Under the pieces are notes generated by a model that saw only the letters and a list, made by a program, of their open reading frames with translations, searched no databases and had not been told where the DNA came from. Source: Chrysomallon squamiferum (lineage: Eukaryota; Animalia; Mollusca). Taken from it: a DNA stretch of 64,000 nt. The stretch lies in the NCBI GenBank assembly GCA_012295275.1, contig CM022667.1, positions 14,446,001 through 14,510,000 on the forward strand, written 5' to 3'. Positions 24,903 to 39,676 of this stretch are shown piece after piece. The position numbers were made by a program, and so were the translations under genes. Each line of letters begins with the position of its first letter. Positions within the stretch are counted from its first letter, which is position 1.

Positions 24903-27900
24903 CTACTGACTGAAGAGACTGGTGAGATCTTTGAATGTGGTTTGAGTATGGGAATCAGTCAGATCACCAATTCCTTCACCAACAAGACTGAAGTGAGTCT
25001 GAGTCTCCATGTCCATATACAGCGTCATGTCCTCTTCATTCATGTCCATCAGAGACTGAAGAGTGGTCTGCGTTTCTGCAGCAGACGCAGAATTCAACCA
25101 GAGACTGTTGCACGATGAAGCTGCTGTCTGAGTCTGTGCTGACACTGGTGAGTACAGCCATGGATTGTCTGAAGACTCCAGTTTTCCATCTCCTCCAGAA
25201 CCTGTCCATGAGTCTTGACCAGAGGTTACTGCTTCAGCAGGTAAAAGTTCTTTAGTTGGATTTATCTGATAACTGATAGAAGAAAATCCAGTATTGCTTT
25301 CTTTCTGTTTGGCAGTGTCCAGCCATGGACTATTCATTGAGCCAGTCTGGGTCTCAGTGTCAGAGAATCCTGAAAATAAATCTTCAGTGGTTTGAGTTTC
25401 TATGTTCATCAACTTGTCAAGCCACTCATCTGCTGTCTGAGTGTGAGTGTCCGTGCCAGATGTCTGCTTCAGCATAGATCTTTGAATCTCAGATCTAACC
25501 AGTTCATCCAGATCTGTTGAAGATGTCAGTGTCTGAACACTTGACTCTATTGTATCAACTGACTGGTTGGAAACAAGGAGTGAGAGAGATACTGAATGTG
25601 AAGTTACTTGATGATCTGGACCTGTCTGTATATAAAGATCTCTTTTGACAGGATTTGTAACTGTCTGAGTGCTGTGGTCTGTTCCTGACATGAAAGCTGA
25701 AATACCTACTGAAGTTTGTTTAGGAAGAGATGTCTGCGTGCATGATGCTTTCTGTGGTGTTGTTTGTGTGATAGCTGTGTTGGTGAAGCTGCTGCTGAGA
25801 CCCAGAGTCTGGCATGCTGCACTCACACTGTCATCATCTCCAGAAAGACTGCCAGCAAGTTCCAGGAAATCTGGTTGAGTTAAATTGTCGATTCCTTCAA
25901 ATGTCTGAGACATGGCATAACTAGAAGCATCCACTGATGCCTGGTTGATCAATGTGAAGCTTTCACCAGAAGACTCTTGGCAGAGATTTTTGTCTGTCTT
26001 TGCTGATGATAAAACAGAGTCAGTTTTCTGAAACTGAGATTTACCAAACTCCAACTGCTTTCCCGTGTTTCGTTTTCTGTTTCTTTTCACAGGAGTTTTA
26101 TCATGTGGACTTAAAAACATTGCTCCTTGTTGAGGTGGAGAATAGTTAGTCTGATAACTGGTTTTAAATGGGACTGAAGAACTGGTGCTGACTAGTGGCT
26201 GAAGAGATGAACTACAAGTAGCTGTAGCTGATCTCTTCTTCTTTGAGTTTGTTAGTCTGTGTGGTGTGCTCTTTCTTTTTGCAGCTGACCCACATCTCTG
26301 AAGAACAAAACTGTCCGAGTTTTTAAACAGTGACAAGTTTGTCTGTGTTTGACAGCTCTGTAGCTGTTCATTTCTGCAGTTAATGACATTTTCCAAGAAA
26401 CTCTGATGTGTCTGTGTGGAAATGGATGAACCAAAATCACCAATCATAGACTCAAAGAGGCCAGTTGAAGTTGTAGTACCTGCAGCAGGATATATAACAT
26501 TTCCTACAACATTACAAGATGATCCTGTCTGCTTCTTCTTGCATTTCCTCTTTGGCACAGGGTTTGTCTGAACCTCACTGGACTTCAACTGTTTGAAATC
26601 TAAAGTCATGTACTGGGTTGCCATCTGTCTCTGGATGGGTATTTCAGCACTCTCCATTGCTGATTTTAAAATGCTGTCACCTGATGTCTGGGTCCCTGCA
26701 ACAGAACATAACTTCTGGCGATTTGGCAGGATGCTCAGTGACGTCTGCACTTCTGCAGATGATCTAACTGCACACGACTGGTTTGGTTCCTTGCAGCATG
26801 AGCCTACTTGCGTGGAGGTGTTTGATACTGTTCCTGGTTCACTGTCAGTGTTATTCACACACAGTCGATCCACACCATAAATATCAGTCTGGGACTGAGC
26901 TGTCTGCTTCAAGCAATCATTTTTGTCAACAATTGTTTCATAGAAAATCTTGTCTTGTCCAATCGTGAGGTTTTTAAGTGGTGGAAGTGTGTATACAATT
27001 GGCTTTGGTAGAACTGTTCTGCAGTTTGTCAATGGTGGGTAGTTGTTAGAAGAAATGGATCCACTGTTGTTATTATGCACTACAATAAATACAGGTCCAG
27101 CAGCAGGTGGGGTAGTTTGTTTTGATCTGTTAAGAAACAAACACAATAAAAGAAAATATAAGAATATTTATAAAGCAAAATATTCTCTGAAAATTTACAT
27201 GTCCACTAACAATAATGGAGATGAGCATAAACATCCATTGTCAGAATGTGCATGGCTTTTACGTTAAGCTGGCTATTTCTCAATGCAGCCAGGACTTACT
27301 TACTGATTAATTTAAAGGTCATAATATCTTTCTCCTGTTCATGGGAATCTGCATTTTAAAAGATCCTGGGTAGTCAGTTTATTTTTTCTCCTATCATCAT
27401 TCGAAAATATTTGTTTTAACAATTAAAAATGACTTTTATTTTTTGTGAAAAGTTAAAGAAAAAGAAAAAGGAAAAAGAGAAAAGGAAAAACCTTAAAAAA
27501 TAATGAAAACTTTTATTATTAAGTACTGATGTGAAGAGCATCTAGTTAGGTATTCTGGATAGACTAATTTTCCATTTTAAGCAAAACAATGCAATATTTA
27601 CTGTGGGTATTTTAGTTCTTATTGTGTAAAGCCTCCTCTATCATCCCTTTTCATCTGATGTCTCAAAACACTTTTGTGATAACAAAATCTTTTGGGTATA
27701 ATTTTCTTTATGTAAGACTGTCTAATTATCATTTAACATCAAGCTAAAGTATTCTACATTATCCATATGACAACAAGAAAATTTTGATACCTAATATTGT
27801 AACTTAATCTCTCAATAATACAATATCAAATATTCCAAATTAAAACCTTTCTATTGAAAAGCAACATGAAACCTCTCCAAACATACTTTGTTTTGTAGAT

Positions 27901-28136
27901 GGAATCTTCCCATTTAGGCTTGGTGTGTTTCTGTCTGTTACAGTGAGTTAATAAGGCTTCTTTTGTTGTGTAAACACAGTTACATGTTGGACAGAAGTAG
28001 GTTGTACCACATGTCTTCTCATGTCTTTGACGATCACAGTTCACTCCAAATCCTTTCTTGCATTTTGTGCAAACGAATTTCTTCTCCATGTGTATTTTAC
28101 GATAGTGCTAATATACAAAAAAAAAAAAAATAAATA

Positions 28137-28167
<31 letters not shown>

Positions 28168-29284
28168 TAAAAATAAAAAATAAAATAATATATAAAATAA
28201 AATGTTAATCAGATGTGTTAATAATAATGTAATCTAGTGGTTATTTACATATAAAAATATATATCTGCTAGCTTCTGTTATGATTTACCTATCTAAAAAT
28301 TCATTCAGTACTTCATAATAAGCATCACAGTCATGAAACAAAAATCTTTCTCAGTGTTGTGCTTAAATAAAATTAAAGTGGTGAAAATACTATCACAATA
28401 TATTCAAAAAAAAAAACTGATATCTAAAATAAAAAAAACACATTATAAAACACAACAATTTGTTGAAATATTATAAAGTTACTTCATTTATCATGATTAA
28501 GCGGAAAGTAAGTATTTATTTATAAACATGAATATCTAATTAAAGCATTTCAAAAGTGATATTTAATAATTTATGAAACTTTTACAAATGTTGATAAATG
28601 ATGCTAGTATGTGGTAATGAATAGTTACTCTCAATTAATATTTAAAAAAAATAATAATAAAAAATAACAATTATTTGTAACTACCTGTTTCAAAAGTTTC
28701 ATGGTGGAAAAATGTCTCTCAGAATTTGGATTATACAAACATCCTTTCACTGGGCAATGATATTCATAAGTGATGTCTTTGGGTTTTGTTTCCAGATATA
28801 CCTGAAAATCCATTTTAAACATTCATTTATTCATTTCATATTATAACATATATAATATATATGCACTGGAATTCCATTTCCATCTGACAGATCCAATAAA
28901 ACAGTTTAAAATTGGCAATAAAAAACGTATTGCTTTAATTATTTTTATGATGTATATAAGTTTATTTTATCAGTACATTTCTGTTTAAAGTTTCATTAAA
29001 TATATTTTGTATAATTCCAGTATCTCTAAAAATATTATCAGTGCAATATTTATCTGATCTGGAAATGTCAATCCCAAAACCAGATTGTGTAACATATTCA
29101 AATATATATATATATTTACCTTATCAATTCCATGAACCTTTGCTTTATGGAGTTTCAACATAGCTGATGATAAGAAAATCTTGTTACAGCCTGCTAGTGG
29201 ACAGGAAATGTTAGTTTTGGGGGCAGCTGACAGCTCTGATTCTTCAGGACAAACCTTTTCGTGTTTTGTTGCAGACGATTTCAT
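24903..29284 (-). CDS. ATMIN: ATM interactor / ASCIZ: C2H2 zinc-finger transcription factor with LC8-binding TQT tail, ~908 aa
   Basis: Coding exons 29120-29284 (CPLAGCNKIF...LKLHKAKVH), 28685-28801 (YHCPVKGC...RHFSTMKLLKQ), 27887-28107 (HYRKIHMEKKFVCTKCKKGF...RHEKTCGTTYFCPTCNCVYTTKEALLTHCNRQKH), 24903-27126 (Ser/Thr-rich, 13 TQT). All GT-AG and phase-consistent. Four N-terminal zinc fingers plus a TQT tail is the ASCIZ architecture. Confidence 0.95.
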
Positions 29285-29618
29285 GACTTCAAATTTACAA
29301 CCTAAAAGTAAACATATACAAAATAAAATAAAAACATTATTGTCTTAAAAGATTTACATACATTAACAGATTTGTTATTTACTACATGTATTTATCTATT
29401 TTCACTTATTAGAATTTATTATATGAAATCTTTATTTTATGGCTCAAAAAGTTGGTAAACCATATTAATTATTATTTTTAACTGCACGGCATCTTAAAGA
29501 CATAATATTCTTTTAAAAATAACTGGACTGAATTTTAAAAAGTAAGAAAATTATGAAATACAGTAATCACTAATCAATACAGTTTAATATAAATGGTGAC
29601 TGTACGAAATAAGATTAC

Positions 29619-29840
29619 CATCGATGACACATCACAAACGTGTAGTTCCAAAGCCGTTTAGGCAAATGTTTCCGTTTTGTGCGTCTTTTTTTGTTCAGTC
29701 CCAAATGTTTATCTATCAAACTCGTATTTTTATTATTATTATTCTTCCGTCAGCCATAATTCGAATAAAAGTTTCCATTTATGAACTATTGTTTATTTTG
29801 ATACACATGTATGATGTAGTGATGTACGTCATAAATTCCA
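29619..29840 (-). promoter_or_regulatory. Probable non-coding first exon and promoter of ATMIN
   Basis: Donor ATG|GTAATC at 29618 and acceptor TTTTAG at 29302 ahead of the ATG exon; CpG-enriched patch with a CRE-like ACGTCA (~29825). Confidence 0.45.
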
Positions 29841-30822
29841 CCGACGACAATTGCAGCACCGCAGCATTTTGAACCCTTATTAAGAGGGTACCTGACGCAT
29901 AGTAGATAATAACATATGAATAAACATTATAAATATTTGAATTTGATGGGGGTGGGGGGGGTGGATTAAAATTCCAATCAAAATGCGGTTGCAATTTTTT
30001 TGTTGTTGTTTAAATGTCAGCAGTGGTTATTTGAAACTTTTTTTATTTATTTTTATTTATTTATGTATTTATTTAGGTTTTTTGTGTTCAGTATCTTACA
30101 AATTAATTTATTTTTATGTAGAAATATCCTTTTTATAAAATTATAAAATTATGCCTTGACAAAAATTCATACTGTTTCATTTTAAGAAATCTTTTGATTT
30201 GATGCTGTTAATTATGACAATACTACTACTACTAAGAATAAAAATATTAATAAATAAATAAGTTTAATAATACATAACAGGTTTCTCTCTCTATCTCTCA
30301 TCTTAAATCTATAACATTAATACACAAAATAACAAAAACAACCTCTCAGTTCATAAACATTTTTGTTTTATTATAAAATTACATAAAGTAACAATGTATG
30401 TCTTTATTTCATACAACAAGAATTACAAAACACTAGTTCAAAGGAGTTAATTTATGAAACAATGAAATAACATCAAACATAAAAATGTTCACTGATCATA
30501 AAATTAAATGTATCAAAAAAAAGAAAAGAAAAACAACTAAAAAGTGTTTTTTTGTTATTTATTCATTCTCTTCTGAAGCTTGTATTCATCATTCACTCAT
30601 TAACTACAATTTTTCAAAGATGACTGCTGCCTTTTAATTTTATAAGTAGTCAAACAATTTGCTTTCAAGGATCACCTCTACCAGAAACTAAATATAAAAA
30701 ATTTTGGACACATATTGTTGTTTATAGAGTAATGGTTGTATTTAGATAGTTAAAGCTCCGATGTAATTCATACTTTTGCATTTTTCTGCCTCTCCAAAAC
30801 GAGAGTAAATAAAATTGTGTCA

Positions 30823-33800
30823 TCATCTGAGAAAACCAAGAGTTTTCTTTTTTGTTCCTCTTGTTTCTTCTTCCTTTAACACTTCCAGTAAACTCTTGTT
30901 TATTGCCTGTCCAATCTTTTTACCGGTCTGAAAAAAATATAATTAAATAGAGAAAACAAATAAAGATGTGTCTTAATTTAGACAAAAGTAAAAGATATAC
31001 AACCTATAACATGAAATAAACAAATAGTTAAATGAGATACAAAGACAGATAGATCAGTAAATGAATACATGTGTAAATAAATAAATAAATGAATAAATAA
31101 ATAAATATTAAATAGAATAATTATATAACTGATAAAAAAACTTAAATTTAATAAAAGGCATATATGAAACGGGAAGAAAAAAATTTTGTTTTAGAACTTT
31201 TATTCACAAAAAAACACACATTAGTGTTCTTGAGACATCAAATGAAAAACAAAAGCAGAACTTTAAATATAATACTAATGCCAAACGAGATGATGTTTAT
31301 TAACAACAGACAGCATGCTGTTATAAAACATACTGATTTAAAAATAATACTATAGTTACCACTCTGAATAATTTGAAGAAAAAAAAAAATGATATGGAGA
31401 TAAAAAAAAAAATGAACTGAATTGTTAACATAACATTAAATGATTAATGCCAAACAATGTTATGTTTATTAGCAAGGGACATTACTCTGTTATAAAACAT
31501 TTTGTACAAATGAAAGCTTATGGTTACCACCCTTACTAATTTGATAAAATCTAATCAGAGGGAGATAACATCATTATCTTCCTGTTTCTTTTTAATTGTC
31601 AAACAACGTACTTCCATCATATCAAAAATACTTTCTGGATCCAAACTTCCACTTCCTTGTTTCTTCATTGCTGTCACTGTACCATTAGATGTCACACCCA
31701 TCAGTAATCTTAACATTAAATTAATAAAAATGGTATGTAAGTAATTAGACTACATCTGTATGTCAGTTGATCTGTTAGACCTTTACATATTTCGTGTCTA
31801 TCTATATCTTCTTATCTACCTATCAAACCATACATATATTTCTATTTATTAGTAATGCAGATAATTTCACTATGAAAAAAATTACAGAAGACATTTGGTA
31901 ACCAGTTGTTATGGATAATACATTATTTTTAAATTAAATTACTTCATATTTATCAAATTTATTATTTTTTATGAAGATTGAAATGATAATAATTCTGCCA
32001 AGTACTTCCAGCTGATACATGAATAATTAGTCATATTTTGAGATTATGAAAGTGGACATTCTGAAGTTATGGAGACCTTAACAAACCTGGCTAAACAACA
32101 TGCTTCTTCTTTCTGACTGGCATCCACAACATGACTGTGACCAATCTAAAATATTAATTTACATGTAGTATAAAAAGTGTTATTATAATTTATTTATTTA
32201 AAACAACAAAACTGATCTTAGACACCTCGTAATGTTGTTATATATTAAAGAGATAAAACAGAATTCATGTATAAGAAAATGATGATTTCTGTTTATCTAT
32301 GTTACTGTTAAAGACAATGGAAAAATGCACAAATTATCTGTGACTATCATGCTAATGCATAAGTAACAGAAAATAACAGAAATAAAGAAAAAAATGCTCT
32401 ATCTTATACAGATTTAAACAAAACTATCATTACGCCAAAATTCCTTTTGTTGTAGTGTTGCAGATATATATATTCTATTGTTAGGAACAGAATTTACAAG
32501 TTTATTTACGACTTAGACATGGGTTAACTTAAACAATTAAAGCCAGCACAGTCATATTAATACATTATATATTTTACAAGTAAATTTAAGCATTAGTTTG
32601 TTTACCAAACTGTCCTCATTTTAAAGGTTTCTAATGTGTTTAATATATGCCTCTGATAAGCTAATGCAGAGGATGTTTATCTAGCTTAATATGAACAATT
32701 AAAGGTATTAGATGAGCCCTCACTTATAAACAGTTTTAAATTAACACATGTTTTTTTTTTTTACCTTGCTCAGTGTGATGATGCAAGGACTGGAACTAAC
32801 ATCAAGCCTCTGTACATCAAAGGGGTCGTCTGAAACCTCCAATTCCATTTGCCCTCCTTCATCTTCATTTACTGTGACGGTTGGTATCCTAAAGATAAAT
32901 GAGTGAAATGATTTTTGTTTAACTTAAAACAATGGCTAGTTAGTAATTATTAATGTCAATCCTCTTAATCAGATATCATAATTTAAGGAGAATCCTTAAA
33001 CCAAAATCAATTATTTGTAATGGCAAATATATAAAGAATGACAACAAAAGTAGATGATCTTTTTTGTAAACAGTTAAAGATATAATTATTTAATGATATT
33101 TGTTAATAATTTTATTTGAGTAGTAATGAATGAATACATGAAAAAAAAATCATCATCATCAGCTGGAAATATCAAAATCAATTAAAAAAAAAAAATCATA
33201 AAATATATACATATATATAGGAGTAAAATATAAAATTGACTGTTAAAAAATAATAATAAAAGTTAAAAAATTAAACTGTGTGTACAGTCAAAAATTAAAT
33301 AGTGAGTAACAAAATTTTGGTATCAAGAAACAAATTGTTGAAATATCATATCTGAGTAGAAGATTTACCTTGTGTTAAAAAGAGCAGCTTTGACTGCTAT
33401 AGATGCTGCATCAAAAAGATTACCACCACATTCTAGAAGCTGTAACAAACCAAAAACAAAGAATATTATTTAAAATGCTACTTTTTTATATCTGTTGCTT
33501 TTATTTGAATCTGAGTTTGCAATTTGAAAACATTAAATTTTTTTTTTTTTTTTTAAACTTTAGAAGTTTAGTAATACTAATTACATACAAGTTTCAGTAT
33601 TCACTTTTCATCAACATAAAGTATTCAAATATGTTGTATCGTGTTTCTGTATAAATGAGAACAGAGCTAAATGAAATACATATTTCTAGATAAGTATGAA
33701 TGTATCTATGTGTATAATATGTCTCTCTGTGTATGTGTCATTGCATGTGCATGGGTTTGTAATCTGTGTGTCTTTATAGATAAATGCAGACATATACCTT

Positions 33801-35061
33801 TGTACATTTATATATACATGTATATCTAACGTATCTATTTAATAAACTATTTATGTGCCCAACTGTTATCAAAATGATGATCATTTCTGTACTTCATACA
33901 CATACCAAGATATCGACGTAGAGAACCCAGCACTGCTGTTTTGGTATAACACACAGAGACTCTAGATTCAGACAACTTAGACAGTCATACGCCCTCTGTA
34001 ACATGTTACTGATTTCCACAGCCAATTCATCTCCACCCTTCCCTTCAAACTCTGGAGTGGCATTAGCAGAACTAAAAAAAAAATAATAATCATTTAAAAA
34101 AATAAATAAAATAAAATAAAATAAGAAATGGAGAAAAAAATTGCTAATAACATAAAAATTATTAGTAAAAATAGTAGTAGTAGCAGTAGCAATACTAATA
34201 ATAATAAAAATAAAATTTGTAACTGTAATAAAAATTATGAAGAAAAATAAATTAAAAAAAAAAAAAAATACCAATATTCATAGTAGTAATAATATTAATA
34301 ATAATGTATTACCAGTCAACAAAAAATTCCAATTTTCCATGATTTGGTCGGTCTGGTAATGGAGTTCCTAGTTCAGCCTTCACCCCAACCAGTACATCTG
34401 TATTAGCCTAAAATAATTTTTAAAAGTATCATAAATAGATTCGACATTGAAATAAATTAAAATCATCAACATCATCATCATCATCATCATCATCATCATT
34501 ATTATTATTTTAATTATAATTATAATACATTCTTTTCAACAATCTAATTTTATCATTAGTCATATTAACGTTTTTATTTTTTTTATTAACAACAATACAA
34601 AATGCAAGAAATTACTAGACTTATAATAATTACCAATCGAAGTCGTGCTGAGCCTGTCGTATTGGAAACAACTCCCGTTTCTATTTCCATATGTCTGTAG
34701 TCATCACATCCCCGGCCATCTCCTCGAACATTATCCTACCAAAAAATAATCAATTATAATATATCTTAAATAAAGAAAATAAAAATGAAAAAGAAAATAA
34801 AAGGAAAAGGTTTAATATTATTTGAGTAGTTTTAAACAGAAAATTTATATATATATATATAAGTAAACATATAAAAAATAAACATTATTCTCATTTAATT
34901 TTCTGTTCCTTTTCAATTTCAATTTTTGTCATTTTGAAGTTGTGTTTGTATACCCGAAATTAATAAAAGTGTGTCAACTAATATATTTTTGCATGGGTTT
35001 ATACCTGAACACCATGAAGAATAAATGTTTTTTCTGCTTCACTTAACAGAATGTCAACCAT
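30823..35061 (-). CDS. EXOSC7: Exosome complex component RRP42 (RNase PH family), 291 aa
   Basis: Nine exons: 35005-35061, 34634-34735, 34313-34407, 33906-34071, 33369-33439, 32765-32888, 32087-32145, 31612-31708, 30823-30927 (sum 876 nt). Translation MVDILLSEAEKTFILHGVQDNVRGDGRGCDDYRHMEIETGVVSNTTGSARLRLANTDVLVGVKAELG...LEFFVDCSANATPEFEGKGG...CWVLYVDILLLECGGNLFDA...KTLGFLR*. Confidence 0.97.
31275..31545. repeat. Diverged two-copy intronic direct repeat (~100 bp) in EXOSC7 intron 8
   Basis: TAATGCCAAAC...ATGTTTATTA...CTGTTATAAAACAT...GTTACCAC...TAATTTGA occurs at ~31276 and ~31445. Confidence 0.6.
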
Positions 35062-35560
35062 CTTTACAATTTTAACAAATTATATTATAATATTTGTTAT
35101 TTGGAGTGAATAACAACGTGCACCAGTTACGGAAACCATAAAACGTCATACTTTTGGGGTGAAACTCATGCAGTTCCGGTAATATCTGAATTAAAAGACT
35201 CACCTCCCATGCTATCTTTTTTTTTTGATGGTGTTTGTTGAACAAAAACTACTACCTAATCAAAATTAATCTAAATAAAACTGAAATTATGTTTGATTAA
35301 ATTTCATAAAAAATATATGTCTTCATTAATAATCTTAAGGAATTATTAATATAATTTAGAGGGCAAAATTCAAGATGAATAAATGTTAGAAACGATTGTG
35401 GAATTTTAGTCCTAACATTGATTTATGTGTTCAATGTCACCGATATATGCTAAATGGCGGCGTACATAAACTAATATTGAATTTATTTGTTTTCAGTTTC
35501 CAAGCATGCAAATCACTTCTAAATTTAGGTGACTTTGGGAATATAATTCACTAAAAATGT
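35062..35560. promoter_or_regulatory. Bidirectional promoter region EXOSC7 / ZDHHC3-7
   Basis: EXOSC7 ATG at 35061 (-). ETS-like TTCCGG ~35174, YY1 AAATGGCGGC 35452-35461 (+), and a strong + strand donor AAAAT|GTAAGT at 35558/35559. Confidence 0.6.
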
Positions 35561-36645
35561 AAGTTGTCATAACTAGCTCACAATGTTCAAAAATTAGTAT
35601 TCTGTATTTGATATTACTGTGGTAAATTAAAAAATAAAAGATAATTATTAATTTAATTCGTCATTTTGATTACAGTACAGTGAGTACTGTGAGTACAGTA
35701 GTACTGAGTACCAATACTACCATCATCATATTGATAATGATAACAATGACGATCATGACCATTCAGTTTGGATTATAATTTTTAAAATAAATGTTATAAA
35801 TAAGAGGAAAAAAAAGACTATTTGTCTAATAGTAATAGTTGAGTTGTAACACTTATATCCTTTTTTTTTTTTCATTGTTGACAATAAATTGATGAATAAA
35901 TTCAATAATCATTATAATGAAAAAATCTAATTTTATAGAGTGTTTTGAAACATCTAAATTCGGTTTATTCAGGAACAGAAAATAGCTCATATCATATATA
36001 TGTTGTAAACAACACTCTATATGTCTCCTTGAAATAATATGTAGTGGTACAATATGATATTGAATATCTAAGACTGAAATTTAATAATAATAATAATAAA
36101 ATAATAATAATAAAATAATAAAATAATAATAATAATAATAATTATAATAATATAGCAAGTAACAGCATTCATGCTGTATTAATTGTTTTTCAAACTACTT
36201 AGACTGAATTTTTTTTTTTTTTTGATTTGCTTGGATCAGTTATATTTTTTATTAGTTATATTTTGATTATTTTTGAGCTCTTTTAATTTATAAATAAAGT
36301 GCTGGTTTTTCATTCCAATAGAAATGTGCCCATGAGTTCTGGCATGCACACTGTGTCATTTTTATACTTTGTGTTTATGCCAAAGCGATCTGCCAGCAAG
36401 CAGTTTTGATTGCTACTTTACTGTGAATATACTTACAAATATAATACAAGGGAACTGCTGCCAGCTATGCAGTACACAAGCTATTTTATTGCGAAGAACA
36501 TTGCAGCAGCCATCAGTTGTTATATATCAAATCTCTGTTGACTGCATTTTATTTTTATTTTTAAATGAGTAGGATGGGTTGACTGTATGAGTCTGCCAAC
36601 CATTTAAAGGGACACTGCTTCAAAACAGCATAGATCTACAAACTT

Positions 36646-36661
36646 CCACCAGGTGGCAGTA
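36646..36661 (+). promoter_or_regulatory. CTCF-consensus motif
   Basis: CCACCAGGTGGCAGTA closely matches the CTCF core consensus; binding not shown. Confidence 0.45.
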
Positions 36662-38462
36662 GTTGACACTTGAGTCAGATGCTGGGTGATTTGGAGTGCC
36701 TACTGATGTAGTCCTTCTAGCCTATTCTTCATCCACCTTGGCATAAATAGCCAAATGTTATACTAAGATATAAAAACAGGCGTGCAGCAATGAAAACCCA
36801 TCATTTGTCTTCCTCAGCTGTTAACACATTTTCAGAGTTTGCTCTTTTTTCATTTTACCAGACAAACATATATTTTTTGGCATTGATCTTGTGACATAGT
36901 AGTGTATTCTAAATTAAAATAAAATGAAACTGAATTGCAAGTTCACAAATAGAACTTGATGGTGCTTTTGATTGCAGAAAATGAAAAAAAAAAATTATTC
37001 TTTATTGTGAGAGACATGTCACAGATTGATATAAATAAATAATAAAATGTTGATGTAACTGCACATGCTCACTGGAACTCAATGGCCAAATATCCAGAGA
37101 AATTTAAAACCAGCAAAATATTCACAGAGTATAAATAAATGTTAAAATAAAATCAATTATTCTGTTTTCTTAATATAAACTAATAAAGGTTTCAGTTGAG
37201 AAGTCAGTTTTGCTCTAACCATAAAATGTTGTCTTGCATTATTATCTAAAATTCAGTTGTCCTAAATGCAAACATTCATCTTAAATTTACTAATAACCAA
37301 ATAACTGTAGACATAAAAATCATCAACAATTTAAATTTATTATTATTATTATCATTTATTTAAAAAAAAATAATATAAATAAATAAACAAAAAGTTGAAA
37401 ATGATAAGTACAGCTGTATATTTTTTTACATTAAACTTTCAGAGGTATTAACTAAACATGATCATGTGTACTCATATAATTTCATTCACATTATTTTAAC
37501 CTGAGCTATGTCAAATTCCTTAAAAGACTGAGTATACTGTATTTGATACTGTTCAAATTAGGTATGCATAATTTCGTATCTCAGAGACAATTCAAACAGT
37601 TTTGTTATGTTGATACCTGTAGCCAAGATACTGAGACACAAAGATTATCAATGTGTTTTTTCTATTGATGGAACCCAAAGTGTATTTGTCTTATAAACAT
37701 TTTTCTATACAACTATTTATTTTATCAGTAAATGATTAATGATTGGACTTGTTTATATTATATTTATATTCACTGAATAAAGTATAATATTATGATGAAC
37801 ATCAATATTAATAATATTGATTACAAAGTGTGTAATTACAATTAATAATTTAGTTTCAAAACTTAAATTGTGATGAAAATAATAATACATATCATTTTTA
37901 ACAGATATGAATAAAAAAATATATAATAATAATGAAATAAATAAATTAAAGTAAAGAAACAAACAAACAAACAAAAAACCACACAAAAAAATCATTTTAA
38001 AATATTATGTTTATAGACATTTTGAAGTAATTGGTACACTTTAAAACTGACATACACACCACACTCATACACACACACACACACACACACAAAAAAATGC
38101 AGCTTTTTTTTCGGTCCATTTTACCAGCTGTTTGTAATATTACTGTTACTAAACCAAACAGTTTTAATACTGGAGTATTTATTAGGGTTTCTGGAAACTT
38201 CCACACAACATTTTAAAGAGATTAAATAATTACATACCAATCAATATAAATATGTTTAATCCTTCAAACAAAATCTTGTATGTGTTACCTATTATTTCTA
38301 AAAAATAACAAAAGTCATGTCCATAATCAATTGTTTGGTTACATGAATAATATTTGAATAAATCAGTGAGTTACTCAGATTACATATAATTTTATAACTA
38401 CATTTTTAAAGAGTAGAAAGTTTTAGTATGGACAGGCTTGTATGCCTCTCAAAAAACCCAAC

Positions 38463-38504
<42 letters not shown>

Positions 38505-39645
38505 GTTGTTGTTATTGTTTTTATTAAAAAAAGCAAACACATCAACTCATACCTCCATAAAAGAATAAAATGTTAATTATTTATATCGGCTGCATGTTGA
38601 AAATCAATTTTAAATTATTATGCTGGAAGAGATATTTATAGTGCTCATGTTTTTAGCAGGTGGCATTTGAACATATGATTTTGTTTCACATGTGAATGAA
38701 ATATATGGAACATATACCTATTCCAAAATGTGAACAAAATGGCACATAATGTGGTTGAATTAAGTCTATTTTCAAATCTCTGAGTACTGTCTTTCAAATT
38801 TCACTTAAGAAACACTATGCACTTTTGTTCCAAACCCCATATTTGTTGCATTATAATACTCATAAATGTTTGAAAATGTTTCTATCATTAAAACTTTAAC
38901 AAGCTTTAATTGGAGAACATTAAAGTTAAACATTTTCAAAGTGATGACAGTTTGCGTGTGTTTACTTTTGTTCAAACTGTGTTATTATCAAATCAGAGTG
39001 AACTCACCTCTTGTCTCTGTAAGACACGCAAACTGATGAATCGTTCACTTTAACTGCAGCAGCCTGACAAACAGTGAACAGTTGACATTTTCGTGCAGTG
39101 TGTAGTGCACATGTTGTTTAAAAGTACCTTCAGCTAATTAGTACATAATTAAAGTTTGACGAGGACATGCTGAAAGTGCACATACACACACAGAGAGTTT
39201 CAGTACTGATTTCCTTTGTCATGATGAGTTGTCTTTTCTCTTTTTTTACTGATCACAGCAACAAAGTGCACATCAAGAACAGTCATAAAAAATTCAGTAG
39301 GTGATAAACAGGAAATTTAATAAACATTTAAGTAGGTGGTGAAAAGAAGAAGAAGAAGATGAAAAAGATGTTAATGATTGATGAATTAAAAATAACATTA
39401 ATTTAAATTTTAAGAGATGAAATTGCATAAAGTGCATTTGAAATGAATTGTTGGATAATATAAATGTTGTTATGTAAGAAAAATTGGCAGTTTAAATTCA
39501 TAAAGATGAATGCTTTTCAAATAGGCAATTCTTTTTTTAATAAATTTTATTTCTTTAGTTGTAACTGAGAAAATAAATAAAAATAAACTGCAATGTACAC
39601 AGAACAAAACTTTCAATTAAACTGTAATTTTTTGTTATTTTCTTT

Positions 39646-39676
<31 letters not shown>

